Positions 17,046 to 26,695 of a stretch of DNA of 64,000 nucleotides are shown here, one piece after another. Each line of letters begins with the position of its first letter. Within the stretch, counting starts at the first letter, position 1. Source of the DNA: Planctomycetota bacterium (lineage in GTDB: Bacteria > Planctomycetota > UBA1135 > GCA-002686595); NCBI GenBank assembly GCA_029248265.1, contig JAQWJQ010000201.1, positions 601-64,600 on the forward strand, written 5' to 3'. Both the position numbers and the translations under genes were made by a program. The notes under the pieces are model-generated. The model saw only the letters and a program-made list of their open reading frames with translations, was not told the DNA's origin and did not search any database.

Positions 17046-17960
17046 TCAGTACCCGGAGCCGGCCGCCGCAGGGGCGCCCTGGGCGATGGCCACGGAGGCC
17101 GAAGCACCGATCCTGGTCGCCCCCGCCTTCAGCATGGCCCGCGCGGCCGCGGCGTCCCGCACCCCACCTGAGGCCTTCACGCCGACCACTGGCCCGACCG
17201 CTCGCCGCATCAGCGTCACGTCCTCGACGGTGGCCCCGCCGCTGCTGAACCCCGTCGAGGTCTTCACGAAGTCGGCACCCGCGGCCTTGCAGAGTTCACT
17301 GGCCTGAACGATCTCGTCCTTGGTGAGCAGGCACGTCTCGAGAATGACCTTCAGGCGCGCGCCCAGCCCGTGGCAGGTCGCCGCCACGGACGCCACGTCA
17401 GCGCGCACCGCGTCCAGCAGCCCGGACTTCATCGCCCCCACGTTGAGGACCATGTCCACCTCGCAGGCTCCGTCCTCGATCGCGCGTCGCGCCTCGTAGC
17501 TCTTCACCTCGGTGAGCGCCGCGCCTAACGGGAAGCCAACCACGGTGCAGACGAGGACGCCTGACCCCTGGAGGATTTCCGCACAGCGGCGCACCCAGGT
17601 CGAATTGACACAGACCGAGGCGAAGCGGTTCTCGATCGCTTCAGCGCACAGCTGGTCCACCTCTGACTGGGTGGCGTCTGCCTTGAGCAGCGTGTGGTCG
17701 ATGGCGCTGGCGATGTCGCCGAGGCGCGAGGGGTCGGGACAGCGGGCGGCCCCGCCACCCGGTGCGATCGACGAACAAACCCCGAGCCGGCAGGCGCCCG
17801 CGGCCACAAGCGGGCGCGCGGCGGCCGCCAGGTCCACCTGCATGGAGAAGGAGGAACCGGCGCCATGGAGACGCTCTCCGGCCAGCAACCGGGCGCCGAT
17901 CTCGGCCAGGAGGTCCTCGAGGTCGGTGGGGTCGAGGCCGGCTTGGGTGGGGTCAATCAT
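17046..17960 (-). CDS. deoC: Deoxyribose-phosphate aldolase with N-terminal extension
   Basis: IDHTLLK, VVGFPLGA, EVDMVLNVG, KVILET, DFVKTSTGF, VKASGGVR, GATRIGAS. Confidence 0.95.
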   Translation of the reverse strand: MIDPTQAGLDPTDLEDLLAEIGARLLAGERLHGAGSSFSMQVDLAAAARPLVAAGACRLGVCSSIAPGGGAARCPDPSRLGDIASAIDHTLLKADATQSEVDQLCAEAIENRFASVCVNSTWVRRCAEILQGSGVLVCTVVGFPLGAALTEVKSYEARRAIEDGACEVDMVLNVGAMKSGLLDAVRADVASVAATCHGLGARLKVILETCLLTKDEIVQASELCKAAGADFVKTSTGFSSGGATVEDVTLMRRAVGPVVGVKASGGVRDAAAARAMLKAGATRIGASASVAIAQGAPAAAGSGY

Positions 17961-17972
17961 CAAAACGCGGGG

Positions 17973-18818
17973 TCATCCCCGCTCCTCATCAAAGGCTCTC
18001 GCCAGCTGGCGAACGCGCAGGTGTTCGGCCTCGACGGCCAGTGTCTTGAGCTGACGACGGGCATGTCGACCGTCGCCAGGGGGCGTCGATAAGAAGGCCG
18101 ACAGCACGGCCCGGGCTGCAGCGAGGTCGAGATGGCCTGAGCCGAGCGTGAGGACGTTGGCGTGGTTGTGCTCCCGCGCGTTGCGGGCAGACGCCTCGTT
18201 CCAGCAGTTCGCTGCCAGGACGCCCGGGACCTTGTTGGCGACCATCGCGGAGCCGATTCCGGCTCCATCCACGATGACCCCGACGTCGGCGCGGCCCTCG
18301 GACACCTCCTTCGCGACGAGGCCTGCGAAGTCCGGGTAGTCCACCGAGACCTCGGACGTATCCGGCCCGAGGTCCACCGGGCGCTCCCCCATCTCCTTCA
18401 GCAGCGGGATCAACTCAGCCTTGAGCTTGAAGCCGCCATGGTCGCTGGCGACCGCGACCCGGACGGGGCGGCGGGAGGTGCTCGCCGCCGGCGCGAGGGG
18501 TTCAGCCGAACGTCCGGTGACGAAGGTCACGCCCTTCTGAAAAGCAAGGTCCCTCGCCATTGGGGTGATCCGCGCCCGGGGCGGGATCACGAGCTCCGAC
18601 CCTTCGGGCGCAGCCAGGACGAGACTCTCCCCCACCAGCTCACGCTCCTCTGCCTCCGAGGGGGCCGCGTTGGGCGTTCCCTTCGCCTCGAGGGCGACCG
18701 CCCCTGTGGGAGCCGCGGCGTCAGGCGCCTGGCCCATCGCACGCCGCGCGGCGCGCCGTGCGATGGCACGCAGCTGCTGGCGCGGGTCGTTTCCGGCGGA
18801 TCCCTCTGAGGTCAACAT
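17973..18818 (-). CDS. rpiB: Ribose-5-phosphate isomerase B with long N-terminal extension
   Basis: ASDHGGFKLK, VDYPDFA, DGAGIGSAMVANKVPG, AREHNHANVLTLG, GRHARR; start re-called at ATG 18818. Confidence 0.9.
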   Translation of the reverse strand: MLTSEGSAGNDPRQQLRAIARRAARRAMGQAPDAAAPTGAVALEAKGTPNAAPSEAEERELVGESLVLAAPEGSELVIPPRARITPMARDLAFQKGVTFVTGRSAEPLAPAASTSRRPVRVAVASDHGGFKLKAELIPLLKEMGERPVDLGPDTSEVSVDYPDFAGLVAKEVSEGRADVGVIVDGAGIGSAMVANKVPGVLAANCWNEASARNAREHNHANVLTLGSGHLDLAAARAVLSAFLSTPPGDGRHARRQLKTLAVEAEHLRVRQLARAFDEERG

Positions 18819-18956
18819 GGGGCCCAAGTGTAGTGCCACAGCGCGGACAGGTGCGGACCGTCCCGTCAGCCTTTGGATTCCCCCTCCGCGCGCATATAGT
18901 AGGGGCCGGAGGAGTACGCACGCTCCTCTCCCACCGCACCCCAACAGGACCCTGCC

Positions 18957-21173
18957 ATGCGCACACTGCTCAGCCAGTTCTGCGAGGCCTTCGACGCCAC
19001 GGTTCGACCGATCCTGACCCCGATCAGCGAGGCCAACGCCGCGCTCAGCGAGGCCCAAGGAGACCTCGGTATCCCCGAGGTTCGAGCCGAACTCCTAGAC
19101 CTTCAACACCGCATTCAGGGCCTCGTGGACAAGGTCGCGGAGCAGCAGGCCTACGTCCTGCTCTTCGGCCCGTTGAAGAGCGGCAAGTCGACGCTGATGA
19201 ACGCGCTCGCGGGGACCTACGTCAGCGAGGTCTCGAGCCTGCCCGCGTACCCCTGCATGGTGTACCTCTCCCACGCCGAGGAGCGGGTCTTCTATGTCTC
19301 CCGCTACAGCGGCGAAATGGAGCGCTTCACCGACCCGTCGGCCCTCTACGGTCACGTGAACGGGGCCCACGAGGAGCTCGCCGCAAAGCTGCGTGAGTCC
19401 GAGGCCGCCGAGATCGAATTCGACCCCTCACGTCACTTCCAGGAAGCGATTCGAAAGGTGGACGTGCGGCTGCCTGCGGGCGACCTCGCCCAGTCCGGCG
19501 CCGTCCTCGTCGACACCCCCGGCCTCTACAGCCGGATGAAGTTCGGCTACGACCGCATGACCAAGGAGTTCCGCGACTCCGCGTCCTGCGCCATCTTCGT
19601 CGTGAAGTCCGACAACCTCTTCCTCGAGCAGGTGTTCGAGGAATTCGAGGACCTCCTCGAGCTCTTCAGCCGGATCTTCCTCGTCGTCAACCTCGACACC
19701 ACGAAGAGCGACCTCTCCCCAGACGGATCGCTGGTCCCGAGCCTCGAGCAGGAGGATCCGCTCCGGATCATCGACGCCTTCGAGAACCTCGCCATGAGCG
19801 CGCCGCTGAAGCGCGCCGCCGAAGACGGGCGCCTGAAGATCTACCCCGTGGACCTCCTGCGCGCGGCGAGCCACCGGCTCAGCGAGCCCTCCGAGGAGTC
19901 ACCCGAGACCCCGGTGCGCGGACGAGCCAACTTCGACGCGTTCCTCGAGGATCTGACCGAGTACCTCAACAGCACCGACTACCTCGTGGCGTTCCTGGGG
20001 GACAGCCTGCGGCGCGCCGCCGGGCTCCTCGAGGACCTTGACGGGATCTGCGACCACGAATCGATCAGCTCCCTGCGCGACCACGCGGACGCCCTTGACG
20101 CCCAGCGGCAGGAGCAACAGCGGCGCCGCCACGCGATCCACCGGCTTCGCGCCTTCGATTGGCGGAGCGCCTTCCGTGAGCTTGACGAGAAGCTCGCGCC
20201 CTCGATTCGCGAGCGCGCGACCCTCTCCAGCCAAGCGACGGAGAAGGAGCTCGACCGCCTGGTCGACCAGTGGTTCCTCTCGGACGCGAGCTTCGAGTCG
20301 CTGATCAACGACGACCTGATCCCCAGGCTCTCCAGCTTCGAGGCCGAGCTGACCGGCTTCGTCGCCGAGACCCTCGAGGACGAGGTGCAACCCGGGACGG
20401 CCGGGCTCCTGCTCCCGAGCAACATCGGCGCGGATCTCCATGCCGCGGAGATCGACCTCGGCGAGCTAGGCCTCGAGTCCCTGGGAGCCATGAGCAAGGA
20501 CGCGGCGCTCGGCCACGTCACCGCCCCCATCGCACCGCAGCGCATCCCCGTGAAGCGCGGCATCCTTGACTGGCTCCTGTTCCGCTCCCAGGCCAAGTGC
20601 CGAGAGCGCCTCTTTGGAGACCTCGCCAATCCGGCCGCTCGGATCCCCGTGGAGCGCAAGGCCAGGCGCCTTGGCGAGGAGGCTCGCCGTGTGATCCGGC
20701 GGGAGCTCGACCTGTTCAAGAGTCGCTTCTTCATGGAGACGATCCAGCGCGCGCACCGTCACCTCGTCTCGCGCTACGCGGACTTCGCGGTGGACGCCAT
20801 GGCCGAGCGGCTTGAGGCTCGTGAGGAGGCCATCGGGCTCCGGCTCCAGCAACTCGTGGACGCGCTCATGGAGCGCCGCCGGGTGCTGAGCCACCTCGCG
20901 ACCCTCCAGGCGCGGACCAGCGACGTCCGCGGCGGCGTCGATGAGCTGACGGCCGCGTACGGCCAGACGGAGCCGGATAAGCTCATCCAACCGGTCCCGT
21001 CTGGCGGCCTGCCCAGCGCTCCACAGATCGAAGAGAGCCTCACCTCGCTCCCCCAGCCCGCCCTCCTCAACGCGGCGGACTCCCCGCTCGAGGGTGACCC
21101 GCTCATGGAGGTCGCGCCCGCTCCAGCGCCCGAAGACGAGCGAGTCGACCGGGACGAACTCTCGACGAGCTGA
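18957..21173 (+). CDS. Bacterial dynamin-like GTPase
   Basis: G1 GPLKSGKSTLMNAL, G3 LVDTPG, G4-like VVNLD, followed by a long helical/coiled-coil stalk. Confidence 0.8.
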   Translation: MRTLLSQFCEAFDATVRPILTPISEANAALSEAQGDLGIPEVRAELLDLQHRIQGLVDKVAEQQAYVLLFGPLKSGKSTLMNALAGTYVSEVSSLPAYPCMVYLSHAEERVFYVSRYSGEMERFTDPSALYGHVNGAHEELAAKLRESEAAEIEFDPSRHFQEAIRKVDVRLPAGDLAQSGAVLVDTPGLYSRMKFGYDRMTKEFRDSASCAIFVVKSDNLFLEQVFEEFEDLLELFSRIFLVVNLDTTKSDLSPDGSLVPSLEQEDPLRIIDAFENLAMSAPLKRAAEDGRLKIYPVDLLRAASHRLSEPSEESPETPVRGRANFDAFLEDLTEYLNSTDYLVAFLGDSLRRAAGLLEDLDGICDHESISSLRDHADALDAQRQEQQRRRHAIHRLRAFDWRSAFRELDEKLAPSIRERATLSSQATEKELDRLVDQWFLSDASFESLINDDLIPRLSSFEAELTGFVAETLEDEVQPGTAGLLLPSNIGADLHAAEIDLGELGLESLGAMSKDAALGHVTAPIAPQRIPVKRGILDWLLFRSQAKCRERLFGDLANPAARIPVERKARRLGEEARRVIRRELDLFKSRFFMETIQRAHRHLVSRYADFAVDAMAERLEAREEAIGLRLQQLVDALMERRRVLSHLATLQARTSDVRGGVDELTAAYGQTEPDKLIQPVPSGGLPSAPQIEESLTSLPQPALLNAADSPLEGDPLMEVAPAPAPEDERVDRDELSTS

Positions 21174-21211
21174 GCCGTCCGGCGCCAAGGTCGGAGCGCC
21201 TCCGAGCCTCG

Positions 21212-21268
21212 CCAAGCAAGCAGCGGCGGGGGCCCCCCCCCCCCGGGCGCCCGCCGCTGTTTGCTTGG
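21212..21268. terminator. Long hairpin between convergent genes (probable bidirectional terminator) with a C12 tract in the loop region
   Basis: CCAAGCAAGCAGCGGCGGG (21212-21230) pairs with CCCGCCGCTGTTTGCTTGG (21250-21268), with one G-U pair. Confidence 0.7.
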
Positions 21269-21326
21269 GCCAGTTCCCGGACCTCGGCCGGCGGTTCATC
21301 GCTCCGGCCGACCCCGGAGCCACACC

Positions 21327-21509
21327 CTATTGGGAGGGCGTCCCGCCCGTCACGAAGACTGGCGGGCCAACTTGCGGCGCAGCCAGCGCAGGCTCCTCTT
21401 CCCCTCGCTGCATCAACACAGCAGCCAGGGTGATCACGGAGATGGCGATCGCGCCGACGAGCACGGTCAGGAGCATCCGGTGCTGAAAGGCGGGGAAGAT
21501 GGATCTCAT
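21327..21509 (-). CDS. Small single-pass membrane protein (60 aa)
   Basis: ATG start; hydrophobic LLTVLVGAIAISVITLAAVLM; co-oriented with the upstream NTPase gene and ends before the hairpin. Confidence 0.45.
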   Translation of the reverse strand: MRSIFPAFQHRMLLTVLVGAIAISVITLAAVLMQRGEEEPALAAPQVGPPVFVTGGTPSQ

Positions 21510-21587
21510 GGTCGGGGGTGTGCCGGGCAGTCTCGCTCACGCGCGGAGTTTCGGGGCCAAAACCGCGAGGAACTCCGGCCTGGACGC

Positions 21588-23096
21588 TCAGTTGAGCGCC
21601 CGGCGGAGGCCACGGGCGCGGTCGAGCCAGCTGGCGCGCAGGAGATCGAAGCGTCGCCGAGGCACGCGCCACCGAGGGTCATCCTCGTCGAGCCCATCGG
21701 AGAGGTCCCGCGCGTGCTCCGCGAGCACCGCGCCGAGGAAGCCGAAGGCCAACCGCGGCGTGCCGAGCTCTGCCAGCGTCCCTCGCAGCTCATCCTCCGT
21801 GATCTCCACGTCAAAGTAGTCCGCGAGGCGCGCGCCCGGAGCGTCCGCCTCGATGCTCTGCGCCCGTACGGCCACGAGGCGCTGCGACGCGACCTGCGCC
21901 AGCTCCTGCCCTGTCCAACGGAGCTCGGGGACCGTGTTGGCCTTGTCGAGCCGCATCGTCTTCAGCTCCTCGGGCGACGCGCCGAGGTAGAGCCGGCTGA
22001 GCTCGATCGGGAGGAAGAGCTTCAACCCGAGGCCCTCGAACTGCAACAGCCGGTGCTCGAGGAGCGGCTCGACGAAAGGGCGCATCAACTGCGCTCGACC
22101 AGAGAGCATGGTCGCCTCGTCTACCCGGTCCATCAGCACGTAGAAGCTGTCCCAACCGAGCTCCCGCACGAGCGCCACGAAGCGCTGGAGGAGCATGAGC
22201 CGGGAGCCCACCGAGCTGCCGTCGGGTAGCGCGAGGTCACGACGAATGCTCGCCGGCACGGCCTGGAGCAGGCGCGCGAGCGGCTCCGGATCCCTCGGGA
22301 CGACCCGGATGGCGCGGATGGCGACGCTCGCGCGCCCCCGCAGCCAGAGGCGACGAGCCGCGGCCCACAGGGCTGCGGCGCCGATCAACGCGCCCCCGGC
22401 CACCGTCTGTACGTCCACGGACGGGCGCGGGATACGGCCCGCCTCGAAGGGGAGATCAAGGTGAGCGTCCATCAGGAAGAGCGCGCCGAGGAGCAGCAGC
22501 GCGAGCATCGCCCCACGCCGAGCGAAAGCCAGCGGGCGGCGGGCCCGGATCGCTCGCCGTAAGGCGCTGTGGAGCTCAACGCCCGAGAGCTCATCGCTCC
22601 GCGAGAAGAGAGCGGCGAGGGTCAGGAGCGTCGCCTTCTGCTTGGGCACGAGCCCGCGGGCCGCGGGGTGGGCCCCCTCGACGATCTCCCGACTGAGCTG
22701 TGACACGCCGAGGCTCAGGATCGCGTCGAGGTGATCTGCGAGCCCGAAGCGCTCCACCACTCGGCGCGGCGTCTTCGCGCCGTTCGGCGGCAGCCGGTCC
22801 GCCTTCCGCGCCTCGTTCAAGAAGGCATCGAACTCCGTGTACTCCACCAGGAACGAGCGGGAGTCGTCCCCCTCGAGGCGGCGACGCATCGCCAGGCGCA
22901 GGCCGCTCTTGCCGCTCCCCTTCTCGCCAAAAACGACGCCGGGGCCGGGCATCCGAGGGTCCCCGTAGAGACGATCGAAGGAGGAGTGCACCGCCTCAGC
23001 CGGGACCCTGGGGAGGACCGGGTCCTTGTCGGCGTCCTGCTGGACGAAGGGGTCTTCTTCGAGGCCCCAGTGGCGGCGCCAAGTCTGCGTGAACAT
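21588..23096 (-). CDS. P-loop NTPase with two hydrophobic helices between Walker A and Walker B
   Basis: Walker A FGEKGSGKS; Walker B-like VLMDRVDE; hydrophobic segments AMLALLLLGALFLM and VAGGALIGAAALWAAA. Confidence 0.75.
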   Translation of the reverse strand: MFTQTWRRHWGLEEDPFVQQDADKDPVLPRVPAEAVHSSFDRLYGDPRMPGPGVVFGEKGSGKSGLRLAMRRRLEGDDSRSFLVEYTEFDAFLNEARKADRLPPNGAKTPRRVVERFGLADHLDAILSLGVSQLSREIVEGAHPAARGLVPKQKATLLTLAALFSRSDELSGVELHSALRRAIRARRPLAFARRGAMLALLLLGALFLMDAHLDLPFEAGRIPRPSVDVQTVAGGALIGAAALWAAARRLWLRGRASVAIRAIRVVPRDPEPLARLLQAVPASIRRDLALPDGSSVGSRLMLLQRFVALVRELGWDSFYVLMDRVDEATMLSGRAQLMRPFVEPLLEHRLLQFEGLGLKLFLPIELSRLYLGASPEELKTMRLDKANTVPELRWTGQELAQVASQRLVAVRAQSIEADAPGARLADYFDVEITEDELRGTLAELGTPRLAFGFLGAVLAEHARDLSDGLDEDDPRWRVPRRRFDLLRASWLDRARGLRRALN

Positions 23097-23217
23097 GAGC
23101 GGTTCAATGATCCGGGGATGGAGTCGAGTCGGTGCCGGACTCCGGAATCATAGGACCGAGCTCCGCCTGTCTCCTGGGGCCGGCCCCGGGAATCCACGCC
23201 CGCCGATCCGAGGCGTC

Positions 23218-24060
23218 TCAGAGTGCGCCGATGGCGGGGATTGCCGCGCCGAGGAGGCGGGCGAAGTCACCGGCGATCTGCTTGCCAGCCTCGACCACTT
23301 CTTCGTGGTTGAGCGGCGCGACGGCGATCCCCGCTGCAGGATTCGTGATGCACGACACGGCGCCCACACGCAGCCCGGCACCAGCGGCGGCGTTGGCCTC
23401 CAGCACGGTGCTCATCCCCACAGCCTGAGCGCCGACGCGATCGAGCATCTGGATCTCCGCGGCGGTCTCGTAGGTCGGTCCCGCGAGCCCCGCGTAGACG
23501 CCCTCTCGCAGGTCGACTCCCTGGTCCACCGCCGCCGCGGCCAGCGCTCGGCCGATGGCCTCGTCGTAGACCCGCGCCTGGCGGCCTCGACCCTCCATCG
23601 GAGGAACGGCGCCCTGCATGTTGAGGTGGTCCCGGATCCGCATCAGGCAAGGGACAGGCCACCCGGGCGCCAACCCGCCCGCCGCATTGGTGAGCAGCAC
23701 GGAGTGGACGCCGAGGACAGGGAGCGACCTCATCGCCCGGGTCACCACCTCGGCACTGTGCCCCTCATAGAGGTGGACACGACCCTGCTGACAGAGGACC
23801 GACACCCCACCGACCACGCCCAGGACGAAGCGCCCTGCGTGGCCCGGCACCGTGCTCGAGGGCATGGAGGGGAGGGCCTCGAAGGGGATCGTGACGGCTC
23901 CCTCGAGGGCGTCCGCGAAGGCGCCCAGCCCGGACCCGAGGACGAGGGCGACCCGCGGCGAAGGGAGCCCAGCTCCCTCGAGCGCGGCCCCGAGCTCCGC
24001 CGCCAGGGCACCAGCGAGGGCAGCAGGGTCACCTCCCCCCACGGCGGGCCCGTGGCTCAC
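23218..24060 (-). CDS. punA: Purine-nucleoside phosphorylase (PNP I / XapA-PunA type)
   Basis: LVLGSGLG, VPGHAG, QGRVHLYEG, LTNAAGG, GPTYET.AE, VGMST, ITNPAAG; GTG start overlaps the nupC stop. Confidence 0.92.
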   Translation of the reverse strand: MSHGPAVGGGDPAALAGALAAELGAALEGAGLPSPRVALVLGSGLGAFADALEGAVTIPFEALPSMPSSTVPGHAGRFVLGVVGGVSVLCQQGRVHLYEGHSAEVVTRAMRSLPVLGVHSVLLTNAAGGLAPGWPVPCLMRIRDHLNMQGAVPPMEGRGRQARVYDEAIGRALAAAAVDQGVDLREGVYAGLAGPTYETAAEIQMLDRVGAQAVGMSTVLEANAAAGAGLRVGAVSCITNPAAGIAVAPLNHEEVVEAGKQIAGDFARLLGAAIPAIGAL

Positions 24061-25370
24061 AGGAACATCCCCGCGATGGTGGCGGTCATCCACGACGCCA
24101 TGGCTCCGCCGAGCATCGCCCGCAGCGCGAGCTGGCTCAGGTCACGGCGCCGGCCCTCCGCCAAGGACCCGATCCCGCCAATCTGGATTCCGACCGAGGC
24201 GAAGTTGGCGAAGCCGCAGAGGGCGTAGGCCGCCATGGTGTAACTGCGGTTCGAGATCTCCCCTTGGAGGGCCTGCATGTCGCTGAAGGCGATGAACTCG
24301 TTCACCGCCACCTTGGTCCCGAGGAGGCTCCCGAAGGCGACGCAGTCCCCCCACTCGATCCCCATCATCCACGCCACCGGGGCGAAGATGTAGCCGAAGA
24401 TTCGCTGGAGCGTCATGGGCTCCTCAAGGCCGAGAGGCAACAGCCCAAGGCCCGCGTTGATGAGGCCCACGATGGCCACAAAGGCGACGAGCATCGCCAC
24501 CACGTTGAGGTACAGCTTGAGTCCGTCGCTCGTCCCCGTGGCCGCGGCATCCAGCACGTTGGACGGCTGGTCCTCGCCCTCCTCAACTTGCTCGGCGCCG
24601 CCGGCCGTGAGGGGGGTCTCCGTCTCCGGGACCATGATCTTCGCGAGCACGAAGGCCGCCGGCGCAGACATGAAGCTCGCCGCGAGCAGGTGCCCGGCGA
24701 ACTCCTCCCCGAGGAGCCCGATGTAGACCGCGAGGACGGACCCGGCGATCGTCGCGAAGCCGCCGGTCATGAGCGCCATGAGCTCGGACCGCGTCATCTT
24801 CGCGATGTATGGGCGCACCACCAGCGGCGCCTCGGTTTGCCCCACGAAGACGTTCGCGGCCATGGCCAGGGACTCCGCACCGGACACGCGCAGCGTGTAC
24901 CGCATCAGGTTGGCCAGCAGCTTCACGAAGAACTGAACGACCCCGAGGTGGTAGAGGATCGCCATCAACGCCGAGAAGTAGATGATCGTCGTGAGCGCCC
25001 CGAAGGCGAAGGACACCGGCGCGGCGTAGGCCACTGACTCGGTGGGCAGGTGGCCGGGGAAGTCAGCGAACACCTGAATGGAGCTCGGCCCCTCCGCGGG
25101 GGAGAGGTCGACGCCGAACCCGGTGAGGATCGGGCCGAAGACCATCTGAGCGCCCTCCTGACCGAAGCTGAGCACGGACGTGGCGAAGATCGACAGCTTG
25201 TCGAGCACCGCCCGGCCAGGGCCGGTCTTCAGGATCAGGAGCGCGAGGCCGATCTGGAGGCTGATCCCGCCGAGGACCACCCGCAGGTTGACCCGCCGGC
25301 GATCCGAGGACAGGACCCAGGCCACGGCGCAGAAGAAGGCGAGGCCGAGGAGAGCGCGGAGAATGGTCAT
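24057..25370 (-). CDS. nupC: Concentrative nucleoside transporter (NupC/CNT family)
   Basis: ANVFVGQTEAPL, MTGGFATIAGSV, GTKVAVNEF, YALCGFANFASVGIQIGG. Confidence 0.93.
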   Translation of the reverse strand: MTILRALLGLAFFCAVAWVLSSDRRRVNLRVVLGGISLQIGLALLILKTGPGRAVLDKLSIFATSVLSFGQEGAQMVFGPILTGFGVDLSPAEGPSSIQVFADFPGHLPTESVAYAAPVSFAFGALTTIIYFSALMAILYHLGVVQFFVKLLANLMRYTLRVSGAESLAMAANVFVGQTEAPLVVRPYIAKMTRSELMALMTGGFATIAGSVLAVYIGLLGEEFAGHLLAASFMSAPAAFVLAKIMVPETETPLTAGGAEQVEEGEDQPSNVLDAAATGTSDGLKLYLNVVAMLVAFVAIVGLINAGLGLLPLGLEEPMTLQRIFGYIFAPVAWMMGIEWGDCVAFGSLLGTKVAVNEFIAFSDMQALQGEISNRSYTMAAYALCGFANFASVGIQIGGIGSLAEGRRRDLSQLALRAMLGGAMASWMTATIAGMFL

Positions 25371-26695
25371 GGGCTGATCGTGGGCCGAGGGAGCACGCGC
25401 TCCAGGACGAGCGGCTGGGGGGAAGGGGCGTCAGGTGCGAGCGAGGTGCCTCGCTCGAGCAATCGCAGGCATTCCTCGAGGCCAGCACCGGCGCGGTGAT
25501 GGATCGTCGCGATGGCGTCGCCACACCGGACCTCGTCGCCGCGGAACCTGTGAGAGACGATACCGACCGCGTGGTCGATCTGATCCTCCGCGTTCTTCCG
25601 CCCGCCCCCGAGCGCGGCCACAGCGAGCCCAACGTCCCGGAGGTTTCGAAAGTCGAGGTACCCGTCCCGAGAGGCGATCCACTGGGTCCGGTCGGGAGCC
25701 TGCTCCAGGGGTGCCTGGGGATCGGAGGCCCCCTGGGCCGCGATCATGCGCTCAAACCGGTCCAGCGCGGTTCCGTCGCGGAGCACTCCGGAGATCGTCG
25801 CCCGGCCCGCCTCCTCACTTGCAGCCACGCCTGCCGCAGCCAGGAGGTCCCCACCAAGCAGGGTGACCAACTCCACAAGGTCCGCCGGCCCCTCACCCTT
25901 CAGAACCGCGACCGACTCCTCGATCTCGAGGGTGTGCCCGATGCTGAGCCCGAGGGGCTGTCCCATGCGCGTGAGCCGCGCGGTGGCATGGACGCCTGCC
26001 GCACCGGCGAGGTTGACCATCGTCTGTGCGACCGCCCGCGCCTCCGCCTCTTCCACGAGGAACGAGCCGGTCCCGACCTTCACGTCGAGCACCAGCGCGT
26101 CGATGTCCTCCGCCACCTTCTTCGAGACGATCGAGCTCGAGATGAGCGGCAGAGACTCCACCAGCTCCACGCGGTCCCGGAGGGCGTAGAGGGCCCGGTC
26201 AGCGGGCGCGATGGACTCGGTCTGAGCGCAGATGACGCAACCCGCGGCCTGGAGGACGCGGCGGATCTCTCCCTCGTCGAGGTCCGTACGGACGCCGGGG
26301 ATCGCCTCCAGCTTGTCGAGGGTGCCGCCCGTGTGCCCGAGCCCACGCCCCGAGATCATCGGGACGACGCAACCCGCGGCGGCGAGGGCGGGAGCGAGCG
26401 GAAGGGAGACCTTGTCCCCCACGCCTCCGGTGGAGTGCTTGTCCACCCGGGGCTGCTCGAAGCCCGAGAGGTCGAGGACGTCACCGGAGGCCACCATGCC
26501 CCGCGTCCATCCCTCTAGCTCTCCGCTCTCCATTCCGTGGAAGAAGATCGAGGACAGCAAGGCCACCTGCTCCGCCTCCCCCACGGCGCCGAGGGCGACC
26601 TGTTTGAGGAACCAGTGCGCGTCTGCCTCCCCGAGCACGCCGCCGTCCCGCTTGGTGCGCAACAGGTCGCGGAGTCGGAAGGGGGTGTCAGTCAA
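25367..26695 (-). CDS. deoA: Thymidine / pyrimidine-nucleoside phosphorylase
   Basis: DKHSTGGVGDK, PMISGRGLGHTGGTLDKLEAIPG, SSIVSKK, LDVKVGTGSF. Confidence 0.93.
   Translation of the reverse strand: MTDTPFRLRDLLRTKRDGGVLGEADAHWFLKQVALGAVGEAEQVALLSSIFFHGMESGELEGWTRGMVASGDVLDLSGFEQPRVDKHSTGGVGDKVSLPLAPALAAAGCVVPMISGRGLGHTGGTLDKLEAIPGVRTDLDEGEIRRVLQAAGCVICAQTESIAPADRALYALRDRVELVESLPLISSSIVSKKVAEDIDALVLDVKVGTGSFLVEEAEARAVAQTMVNLAGAAGVHATARLTRMGQPLGLSIGHTLEIEESVAVLKGEGPADLVELVTLLGGDLLAAAGVAASEEAGRATISGVLRDGTALDRFERMIAAQGASDPQAPLEQAPDRTQWIASRDGYLDFRNLRDVGLAVAALGGGRKNAEDQIDHAVGIVSHRFRGDEVRCGDAIATIHHRAGAGLEECLRLLERGTSLAPDAPSPQPLVLERVLPRPTISP

Noticed and set aside
21233-21244. C12 homopolymer as a phase-variation switch
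   Set aside because: It lies in the loop of an intergenic hairpin between convergent genes, not in a CDS or promoter.
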